From Octopus sinensis (Eukaryota): a stretch of DNA of 32,052 bases. The first letter of the stretch is position 1. Every line of letters begins with the position of its first letter. Where the stretch lies: the NCBI RefSeq assembly GCF_006345805.1, contig NW_021832620.1:1-32052 (forward strand), in the 5' to 3' direction. The translations under genes and the position numbers were made by a program. The notes beneath the pieces were generated by a model, which was given only the letters and a program-made list of their open reading frames with translations, made no database searches and was not told where the DNA came from. Of this stretch, positions 21,400 through 32,052 are shown in pieces.

Positions 21400-21525
21400 C
21401 TAGTTTTCAACGGAATAAACCGGAGACAAGTAATAAGGTGCCTTGCTCCAAAACTCAACACTACACTGGTTTAGGAATCGAACCTACGATCTCATATTCG
21501 TAGGGCCGAGTAAGTGGCTCAATGA
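21400..21525 (-). mobile_element. Highly decayed SINE head (SINE-D-like)
   Basis: GTGCCTTGCTC and GGAATCGAACC (revcomp of a B-box). Confidence 0.4.
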
Positions 21526-21739
21526 CATACAATTATAGGTGATTTAGGCACGGGCAATAACCCAATACATGCTTCGACCTTATTAGACCTTCACAGCGAA
21601 ACATATTTCTCCAAAATTAGTGATTAGGGAATCAGTATCCTGATTTTCAATAATTACTATAGAGATCTCCAATAATTGCTTATTGCTAGCCGTTCATAAT
21701 GTTGGTACGATTGAGGGCAGCAGTAGTGATAGTGGCAGT

Positions 21740-24700
21740 GATGGCGGTGGTGATGATGGTGGTGGTGATGATGGTGGTGGTGATGATGGTGGTGGTGATG
21801 ATGGTGGCGGTGATGATGGTGGTGGTGGTGATGATGATGGTGTGATGATGGTGGTGGTGATGATGGTGGTGTGTGATGGTGGTGGTGATGATGGTGGTGG
21901 TGATGATGGTGGTGGTGATGATGGTGGTGGTGATGATGGTGGTGGTGATGATGGTGGTGGTGATGATGGTGGTGGTGATGATGGTGGTGGTGATGATGGT
22001 GGTGGTGATGATGGTGGTGGTGATGATGGTGGTGGTGATGATGGTGGTGGTGATGATGGTGGTGGTGATGATGGTGGTGGTGATGATGGTGGTGGTGATG
22101 ATGGTGGTGGTGATGATGGTGGTGGTGATGATGGTGGTGGTGATGATGGTGGTGGTGATGATGGTGGTGGTGATGATGGTGGTGGTGATGATGGTGGTGG
22201 TGATGATGGTGGTGGTGGTGATGATAGTAGTGGTGATGATGGCGGTGGTGATGATGGCGGTGGTGATGGTGGTGGTGATGATGGTGGTGGTGATGATGGC
22301 GGTGGTGATGATGGTGGTGGTGATGATGGCGGTGGTGATGATGGTGGTGGTGATGATGGCGGTGGTGTTGATGGCGGTGGTGATGATGGCGGTGGTGATG
22401 ATGGCGTTGGTGATGATGGCGGTGGTGATGATGGTGGTGGTGATGATGGTGGTGGTGATGATGGTGGCGGTGATGATGGTGGCGGTGATGATGATGGTGG
22501 TGATGATGGTGGCGGTGATGATGGTGGCGGTGATGATGATGGTGGTGGTGATGGTGGTGATGGTGATGGTGGTGGTGATGATGGTGGTGGTGATGATGGT
22601 GGTGATGATGATGGTGGTGATGATGATGGTGGTGGTGCTGATGGTGGTGGTGATGATGGTGGTGATGATGATGGTGGTGGTGCTGATGGTGGTGGTGATG
22701 ATGGTGGTGGTGATGATGGTGGTGGTGCTGATGGTAGTGGTGATGATGGTGGTGGTGATGATGGTGGTGGTGATGATGGTGGTGATGATGATGGTGGTGG
22801 TGCTGATGGTGGTGGTGATGATGGTGGTGGTGATGATGGTGGTGGTGATGATGGTGGTGATGATGATGGTGGTGGTGATGATGGTGGTGGTGATGATGGT
22901 GGTGGTGATGATGGTGGTGGTGATGATGGTAGTGGTGATGATGGTGGTGGTGATGATGGTAGTGGTGATGATGGTAGTGGTGATGATGGTAGTGGTGATG
23001 ATGGCGGTGATGATGATGGTGGTGGTGATGATGGTGGTGGTGATGATGGTGGTGGTGATGATGGTGGTGGTGATGATGGCGGTGATGATGATGGTGGTGG
23101 TGATGATGGTGGTGGTGATGATGGTGGTGGTGATGATGGCGGTGATGATGATGGTGGTGGTGATGATGGCGGTGATGATGATGGTGGTGATGATGATGGT
23201 GGTGGTGATGATGGTAGTGGTGATGATGGTAGTGGTGATGATGGCGGTGATGATGATGGTGGTGGTGATGATGGTAGTGGTGATGATGGTAGTGGTGATG
23301 ATGGCGGTGATGATGATGGTGGTGGTGATGATGGTGGTGGTGATGATGGTGGTGGTGATGATGGTGGTGGTGATGATGGCGGTGATGATGATGGTGGTGG
23401 TGATGATGGTGGTGGTGATGATGGTGGTGGTGATGATGGCGGTGATGATGATGGTGGTGGTGATGATGGGGTGGTGATGATGATGGTGGTGATGATGATG
23501 GTGGTGGTGATGATGGTGGTGGTGATGATGGTGGTGGTGATGATGGTGGTGATGATGATGGTGGTGGTGATGATGGTGGTGGTGATGATGGTGGTGGTGA
23601 TGATGGTGGTGATGATGATGGTGGTGGTGATGATGGTGGTGGTGATGATTGTGGTGGTGATGATGGTGGTGGTGATGATGGTGGGTGATGATGGCGGTGA
23701 TGATGATGGTGGTGGTGATGAGGTGGTGGTGATGATGGTGGTGGTGATGATGATGGTGGTGGTGATGATGTGGTGGTGGTGATGATGGTGGTGGTGATGA
23801 TGGTGGTGGTGATGATGATGGTGGTGGTGATGATGGTGGTGGTGATGATGGTGGTGGTGATGATGATGGTGGTGGTGATGATGGTGGTGGTGATGATGGT
23901 GGTGATGATGATGGTGGTGGTGATGATGGTGGTGGTGATGATGGTGGTGGTGATGATGGTGGTGATGATGATGGTGGTGGTGATGATGGTGGTGGTGATG
24001 ATGGTGGTGGTGATGATGGCTTTGGTGATGAGGCGGTGGTGATGATGGCGGTGATGATGATAGTGGTGGTGATGATGGCGTTGGTGATGATGGCGGTGGT
24101 GATGATGGTGGTGGTGATGATGGTGGTGGTGATGATGGTGGTGGTGATGATGGCGGTGATGATGATGGTGGTGTGATGATGGTGGTGGTAATGATGGTGG
24201 TGGTGATGATGGCGGTGATGATGATGGTGGTGGTGATGATGGTGGTGATGATGATGGTGGTGGTGCTGATGGTGGTGGTGATGATGGTGGCGGTGATGAT
24301 GGTGGTGGTGATGATGGTAGTGGTGATGATGGTGGTGGTGATGGTGGTGACGGTGATGGTTGTAGTGGTGATGATGGTGGTGGTGATGATGGTGGTGGTG
24401 ATGATGGTGGTGGTGATGATGGTAGTGGTGATGATGGTGGTGGTGATGATGGCGGTGATGATGATGGTGGTGGTGATGATGGCGGTGATGATGATGGTGG
24501 TGGTGATGATGGCGTTGGTGATGATGGCGGTGGTGATGATGGCGGTGATGATGATGGTGGTGGTGATGATGGCGTTGGTGATGGCGGTGATGATGATGGT
24601 GGTGGTGATGATGGTGGTGGTAATGATGGTGGTGGTGATGATGGCAGTGATGATGATGGTGGTGGTGATGATGGTGGTGATGATGATGGTGGTGGTGCTG

Positions 24701-24875
24701 ATGGTGGTGGTGATGATGGTGGTGGTGATGATGGTGGTGGTGATGATGGTAGTGGTGATGATGGTGGTGGTGATGGTGGTGACGGTGATGGTGGTGGTGA
24801 TGATGGCGGTGATGATGATGGTGGTGGTGATGATGGTGGTGGTGATGATGGTGGTGGTGATGATGGTGGTGGCGA
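21740..24875. repeat. 3.1-kb minisatellite, unit GATGATGGTGGTGGT (15 bp) with variants
   Basis: Seen directly; it explains the 699-, 1082-, 534- and 239-aa ORFs. Confidence 0.98.
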
Positions 24876-25177
24876 TGGAGTTGCGACGGTGATCGCGGTG
24901 TTTGTAGTAATGTGGCGGTAGCGTTGATAGTGGTGATGTCATGATGTCGGTAATGGTGTCATTGTTGTCATAGTGATGGTGGCTCGGTAGTTGTGGTGGT
25001 GGTAATGTGGATAATGATGGTGGTTTCTAGGTGCATGTCATAGTGGTGGTGACACCTTGGAGTCTTGATGGTAGTTGTGGTTGTTGTTGTGGTGTTAGTT
25101 GTGGTGGCAGCTGTGTCGGCTGTGGTTATGATGGTGGTGGTGGTTGTTGTGGCGCTGGTCGTAACATCCTAGTGTCT

Positions 25178-25216
<39 letters not shown>

Positions 25217-25784
25217 ATGCTATCGTAGTGATTGCGACACGATGGTGGCGACTGCCGTCGTTGTGTTGTTACAGTGGTTATGGTGGTGGAGCTGATGGCG
25301 GAGGTAGCGGCGTTGGTGGTGGTCTAGGTGTTTGTGGTGGTTGAAAAAATGGTAATAGTGAGGAAAAAATCAGAATTGAGAAAATCAAAACTAAAATAAT
25401 TATTAAGCCTGGCGCTAAATCTCCTCCCACAGACAACATCACCATAATTATTAATTCATTTATTAATTCATATTTTTCTAAAAAAAAAAAACCTTGTACA
25501 TGAATCTGATGGTCCTAATTTAATTCTTACTTAACAATATCTTTGTATTTACCGTTTTGTGCGACACAAACCCTGACTGCATTCCTCAGCCCCTGCTCTT
25601 TTTAACTCAATTAAAGACCAGCAGGAGTTTGTATAATTGTCACAGCTAAAAAGCTAAGTCAATACTGTGTCGGGACTATCATTCCTCTCATACATTCTAG
25701 GACACGGGTACATCCACAGCTGAGCACTAGGACAACATCAGCCTAACAACAGTCCTACTTTCACCACTACGAAGTTGTTCTAGC

Positions 25785-27230
25785 AACGCAACACTGTCCT
25801 AATTACACTGTCCTAACTACACTGCTACAGCATTGTCATAACAACACTCTCCTGACAACACTGCTACAAAACTGTCATAACTACACTGTCCTAACAACAT
25901 TGTCCTAATAATGCTGTCCTAACGACACTACTACAATCTGGCATAACTACACTGTCCTAACAACATTGTCCTAATACACTGTCCTAACGACACTGCTACA
26001 ATATACTGGCATAACTACCTGTCCTAACAACATTGTCCTAATACACTGTCTAACGACACTGCTACAATACTGTCATAACTACACTGTCCTAACAACATTG
26101 TCCTAATAACACTGTCCTACCGACTCTGCTACAATACTGTCATAACTACACTATCCTAACACATTGTCCTAATAACACTGTCCTAACGACACTGCTACAA
26201 TACTGTCATAACAACACTGTCCTAACAACATTGTCCTAATAACACTGTCCTAACGACTCTGCTACAATACTGTCATAACTACACTGTCCTAACAACATTG
26301 TCCTAATAACACTGTCCTAACGACACTGCTACAGCATTGTCATAACAACACTCTCCTGACAACACTGCTACAAAACTGTCATAACTACACTGTCCTAACA
26401 ACATTGTCCTAATAATACTGTCCTAACGACACTACTACAATACTGGCATAACTACACTGTCCTAACAACATTGTCCTAATAACACTGTCCTAACGACACT
26501 GCTACAATACTGGCATAACTACACTGTCCTAACAACATTGTCCTAATAACACTGTCCTAACGACACTGTTACAATACTGTCATAACTACACTGTCCTAAC
26601 AACACTGTCCTAACGACTCTGCTACAATACTGTCATAACTACACTGTCCTAACAACATTGTCCTAATAACACTGTCCTAACGACACTGCTACAATACTGT
26701 CATAACTACACTGTCCTAACAACATTGTCCTAATAACACTGTCCTAACGACTCTGCTACAATACTGTCATAACTACACTGTCCTAACAACATTGTCCTAA
26801 TAACACTGTCCTAACGACACTGCTACAATACTGTCATAACTACACTGTCCTAACAACATTGTCCTAATAACACTGTCCTAACGACACTGCTACAATACTG
26901 TCATAACTACACTGTCCTAACAACATTGTCCTAATAACACTGTCCTAACGACTCTGCTACAATACTGTCATAACTACACTGTCCTAACAACATTGTCCTA
27001 ATAACACTGTCCTAACGACTCTGCTACAATACTGTCATAACAATAATCTCCTGACAACACTGGCCTAACGATACTACTACAACACTGTCCTGACAACACT
27101 GCTGCAACATTGTCCTAACAACACTGTCCTCATAACACATCTAAAAACAGTACAATAACATTGTTCTAACAGCACAACACCGTTTAACAACGCTATCCTA
27201 GCAACACTGCCTTTATAACACCACTAGGAC
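25785..27230. repeat. Satellite with a 67-bp higher-order unit built from 14-bp monomers (ACACTGTCCTAACA)
   Basis: The unit 26641-26707 is 14+14+14+11+14 bp. The core is homogeneous over about 25880-27045 and the flanks are degenerate. Confidence 0.97.
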
Positions 27231-27358
27231 TCCATACTAACAATTTCTTCCACCTCTCCCACTTTTTTCTCTCAAGATACATCGACAAAACCTCACAACA
27301 CAACACCATCCTCACAACACTATCTCTTTCACTCAATCCAGAAGAACATTAACATGTA

Positions 27359-27765
27359 GGCGCAGGAGTGGCTGTGTGGTAAGTAGCTTGTTTACCAACC
27401 ACATGGTTTCGGGTTCAGTCCCACTACGTGGCACCTTGGGCAAGTGTCTTCTACTATAGCCTCGGGCCGACCAAAGTCTTGTGAGTGGATTTGGTAGACG
27501 GAAACTGAAAGAAGCCCATCGTATATATGTATATATTTATGTATTTGCGTGTATGTTTGTGTGTCTGTGTTTGTCCCTCTAGCATTGCTTGACAACCGAT
27601 GCTGGTGTGTTTATGTCTCTGTAACTTAGCGGTTCGGCAAAAGAGACCGATAGAATAAGTACTGGGCTTACAAAAGAATAAGTCCCGGGGTCGAGTTGCT
27701 CGATTAAAGGTGGTGCACCAGTATGGCCGCAGTCAAAATGACTGAAACAAGTGTAAAAAAAAAAA
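27359..27765 (+). mobile_element. SINE-A, full length, near consensus
   Basis: A-box TGGCTGTGTGG (27369), B-box GGTTCAGTCC (27412), CACCTTGGGCAAGT (resembles the CORE-SINE motif ACCTTGGGCAAGT), A-rich tail. Confidence 0.95.
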
Positions 27766-27971
27766 AGAGAAAAATACACACACATCACCACCACCACCAC
27801 CACGCCGACCACCGCCACGCCGACCACCGCCACGACGACGACGACGACGACGACCACCACCACCACCACCACCAACAACAACAACAACCTCATTATTCGT
27901 AAACACTGTTCTGTGACGTTCGTTACCAAATGAGACGCGTAATTAAGCAATTAATAGTTACTTTCTGACAG

Positions 27972-28086
27972 AGCCAACCAATGCCACACCTCATATGGCC
28001 ACCACCAGACATACCCGCGGGTAAAGACAGACAGGGACGGTGAGGAGCGTACAATCGGTCCCGACTGTCCCCGCTGCTCCCTCTGA
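27972..28086 (+). other. Candidate exon of an unidentified gene
   Basis: Acceptor TACTTTCTGACAG|, possible donor CGG|GTAAAG at 28021, and a unique GC-rich block. No recognisable homology. Confidence 0.3.
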
Positions 28087-28504
28087 CCTACAATATGTTG
28101 GAGCGTACAGTATGGAAGTGTGCAACCGGACGGAGACATGGGGATATCCGGGGCTATGCGGCTGCGAATCGAACCTTTACCTTCGGTCTCTCTACTGTCC
28201 CAAGTAGCTTAAGCCTTCTTGGTCGATAGCAGCTGATCCCTGGTTAGATATGACATCAAGATCCCTGCCTCTGATACAACCATCAACAATGTTACCACCG
28301 CCACCGCCGCCATCACCAGCGCCACCCCTACTGCCACCGCCACTGCAATCATATACAAACATCTCCCACCACCATTAATACCAATACCGCATATATCGAT
28401 ACCACCTCTACCACAGCCTGTCTATCTCTCTCTCTCACTCTCTCTGTCTGTCTGTCTGTCAGTCAGTTTACCTGTCTGTCCGTTCGTCAATACTAGCATA
28501 AATA

Positions 28505-28812
28505 TCAATACATACGTACATACAACATAGATACATACATACATTCATACATACATACATACATACATACATACATACATACATACATACAAACATACAT
28601 ACATACATACATAAATACAAACATACATACATACATACATACATACATACATACATACAAACATACATACATACATACATACATACATACATACATACAT
28701 ACATACATTCATACATACATACATACATATATACATACATACATACATAGATACATACATACATTCATACATACATACATACATACATACATACATACAT
28801 ACATACATACAT

Positions 28813-28873
<61 letters not shown>

Positions 28874-28875
28874 AA
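28505..28875. repeat. (CATA)n microsatellite
   Basis: Seen directly. Confidence 0.97.
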
Positions 28876-28883
28876 TGCATATA

Positions 28884-28979
28884 AAAGTCCTGGTGTCAAT
28901 TTGTTTGACTAAAGGCGGTGCTCCAGCATGGCCGCAGTCAAATGACTGAAACAAGTAAAAGAGAAAAAAAATAAAAGAA
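28884..28979 (+). mobile_element. SINE-A, 3' tail only
   Basis: AAGTCCTGG...GACTAAAGGCGGTGCTCCAGCATGGCCGCAGTCAAATGACTGAAACAAGTAAAAGAG. Confidence 0.9.
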
Positions 28980-29234
28980 TACACACACACACACACACAC
29001 ACACATATGTATGTATATACCTTCCCATCAGTCTTTCTATTTATCCATCATTTCCACAGCCCTCCCTCCCCCCCCTCTACCACTGATCCATCAAACCATA
29101 TCGGCCATATTGAAATCTGTGTCTTAATAACCCACCCTTCCTAGCTCACTACCACCTTCCCGGTCAACTAATATCCACCCCCGCATCATATTGTTTACTT
29201 CTTAGAAATGTCAGTGAATATCATAGATGCACTC

Positions 29235-29395
29235 ACACGCAGACAGGCACACAAACACACAAACACACACAAATACACACCGACACACACGGCCACATAC
29301 ATACACACAAACACACACATATAAAGGTTATTTTCGCTTATATATATTCATAAGGCATAGTTGCATAGTTTACACTGTGTTTAAGAAGTATGTAC

Positions 29396-29426
<31 letters not shown>

Positions 29427-29531
29427 TGTATGTATGTATGTATGTATGTATGTATGTATGCATGCATGTATGTATGCATATACATATATATATATCAATA
29501 TCTATAATATATCTATCTATCAATATCTATA

Positions 29532-29607
<76 letters not shown>

Positions 29608-29834
29608 CATACACACACACACATATATATATATAGAGACTTATACACGCACGCAGAGAATGTGTGTGTGTGTGTTATATATATGCACACACACACACAC
29701 ACATATATATATATACACACACATATGTATACTCACGCATTCATGTATAATCTAACATACAGTATATATACATCTCTCTGTGCGTGTCTGCGAGTATGTG
29801 TGTGTGTTTGTATATATATATAAATATGTTTGTA

Positions 29835-29866
<32 letters not shown>

Positions 29867-30100
29867 CATAATATATATATATATACATACACATATACAT
29901 AAAAATGTATGTGCATATACGCACATATATATATATATATTTATAAAAACATATTTGTATACATACAAACATAATACGCCCATGCACATACAACGAACAA
30001 GCATAGACCCGCATATGTTTAAGTAGATATTTACAAAGACATACACATGCATACACAGACACACTCACACACATATATATACACATACAAACATACACAA
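29235..30100. repeat. Compound (CA)n/(TATG)n/(TA)n microsatellite field
   Basis: Seen directly. Confidence 0.93.
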
Positions 30101-30776
30101 ATATAGAAATAGCCTCACAGAAAACTAATTAAAAATAACAACATAGCAACAACCACAACGACGAGCCAAAATGGTGGACTTTATATTGTGTAAAGATAGA
30201 TGGCGGCAGGCAATGTCGTACGTAATTTTTTTTTAGAGAGCAACCATAGTAACAATGAGAAAAGCTTCTATGTGGTCCCTCGGTCTGTTAAAAATAGTAG
30301 TCGGATTCCACCCTGCGATCGCTTAAACGTAAACATCGGACAATGTAGTCTTGGTTTCCTTGCACTTAGTAAATAGACAGGAAGGGTATGGGTGGAATGG
30401 CTTTGATCATAGGTCATTTTGCTCAAGCATAACCCGGGGTAAAACAATATAAGCAACAACATCAACGACAACTGCAGCAGCAGCAGCAGCAGCAGCAGCA
30501 CCACCACCACCACCACCACCACCAACTGATTTATTTATGGAAGTTTGCGTCAAACTTGTGAAATGGTTGGTTTAAGCAATAATCCTTTATTAAGGGTTGG
30601 CGTAAAACCGGTATCTCTATGGACATTTAAAGAAGGTACTCCATCAATGAGAAAATCCCAACATAGGTTTTATGCTAATCTGGATGATCCTTCTTTATCT
30701 GTCCATGAAGGTGTTGTATATAAATCTGTGTTGTTTGCACCCATCTCCTATACTGTGTTTGCTTACAATCTTTGTA

Positions 30777-31345
30777 CAGTAAACTCTTTCTTATCCGGCA
30801 TCACTAGCACCGGAGTGTTACCGGATAACTGAATCTTCCGGATATCTAATGATCACATATTATTAATGATCACTTGGGCAAGTGTCTTCTACCCTAACCT
30901 CGGCCGACCAAAGCCTTATGAGTGGATTTGGTAGACGAAAACTGAAAGAAGCCAGTCGTATATACATGAATATGTTTGTGTGTCTTGTCTCTGTGTTAGT
31001 CCTCCACCACCGCTTGATAGCCGGTGCTAGTGTGTGTACGTCCCCGTCACTTAGCAGTTCGGCATAAGAGATCAAAAGAATAAATACCAGGTTATAAAAA
31101 AGAAGTACAAGAGTCGATTCATTCAACTAAAGATTCTTCAGGGCGGTGCCCCAGCATGGCCGCAGTCTGGAGACTGAAACAAGTAAAGGAAACGAATTTT
31201 TTTCTTTTAATGATAATTAAAACAGGTTAGTACAAATTCTTTTGGCTCTAATTAACCACACACTTTATTTTTTTTTTCTGGCTACCGGTTGCTTGAGAGT
31301 ATCGGTTATTTCAATGCCGGATAAGAGAAAGTTTACGCTACTCTG
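30777..31345. mobile_element. pogo/Tigger-like MITE containing a SINE-A insertion
   Basis: Left end TA|CAGTAAACTCTTTCTTATCCGGCA. Right end TGCCGGATAAGAGAAAGTTTAC(+7 nt)TG|TA. 22-bp inverted match with 2 mismatches. Confidence 0.6.
30871..31188 (+). mobile_element. SINE-A lacking the tRNA head
   Basis: Starts CACTTGGGCAAGTGTCTTCTAC and ends GACTGAAACAAGTAAAG. Confidence 0.88.
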
Positions 31346-32052
31346 TAGCGTTATATAGCAAATATATATGTTTAGAAGAATACGTATGTAAAGGGAACAT
31401 CAATACGTGTTTACATTGGTGTGAAGTTTCCGAGCGAATGCTTAAAAATACGTACAATTTACTTTAAATTTTTCCAAAGCACGCTGCGTTATATATAAAT
31501 ATATATTAGTTATTTGATTTTGCTGTGTGTTATGCAAATTAGTCCAACCGTTACAGTTAAGTTCTGGTTCATAGTTAATTTGAATAGCGATTGCAACTTG
31601 AATTTGTTTTTTTCCGTGGACAGAAAAATGAATGCGTATTTATCTTCTGATGACAGTGGTCTGCGAAGTATGAAACACCTCAAGACATTCACTTATATAT
31701 TTTTTTGTGTGCCAAGAGAACAAGTTGTATTTTCTGGCAAGTATTTTTGCAAGAACGAGGCTTGCACGTATAAAATAAATTGGTTAATAAACAATAATTC
31801 AGGATGTTCTGAGTTTTTTTTATTGTTTTACGAACGTAATTCTGATTTTACGAACCCCTATTAGACCAGTCATCCCCGCTCTCTCTCTCTCTGTTTGTAG
31901 ATACACACACACACACTCACACACTCACACATAAACACACACACATATACATACACACGCACATATACACACACATAAGTAAGTAGGTAGTCAACTCGAT
32001 AGATATAGATATAATTAATAAATAAAAAAACGGAGAAAAAGCACAAGAAAAA

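Noticed and set aside
21683-24942. 699-aa Gly/Asp and 1082-aa Ser/Pro/His/Thr ORFs as real structural proteins
   Set aside because: They follow directly from a stop-free repeat unit, the frame shifts repeatedly, and there is no ATG-led signal peptide or clear splice context. Kept only as a low-probability lead.
25785-27230. CRISPR-like array
   Set aside because: There are no unique spacers, no cas genes, and the context is eukaryotic. It is a tandem satellite.
30300-30450. Possible fifth SINE family tail (TTTGATCATAGGTC...CCCGGGGTAAAAC); similar weak remnants at 1520-1640 and 20905-20985
   Set aside because: There is no head, TSD or clear second copy inside the window to support boundaries.

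Overview
Eukaryotic, repeat-saturated DNA. The SINE families, microsatellite density and transposon mix look like a coleoid cephalopod genome, most likely Octopus; this is inferred from family resemblance, not from a search. No intact, recognisable protein-coding gene, tRNA, rRNA or CRISPR array is present. Nearly all ORFs in the track are artefacts of microsatellites or low complexity. Supported content: four tRNA-headed SINE families in about 20 full or partial copies (my labels A-D); an internally deleted mariner (548 bp, TIRs, TA TSD); a 762-bp near-perfect foldback with an 8-bp TSD that splits an old SINE; a non-autonomous Helitron; a pogo/Tigger-like MITE; a 3' RTE (Rex3/Expander-like) LINE fragment; a Penelope-like GIY-YIG fragment; a 3.1-kb (GATGATGGTGGTGGT)n array; and a 14/67/504-bp hierarchical satellite. 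The best leads are hammerhead-like motifs in Penelope-type repeats, several long inverted structures that could form dsRNA if transcribed, and one GC-rich candidate exon near 27972. I did not find convincing evidence for a new multi-gene system.
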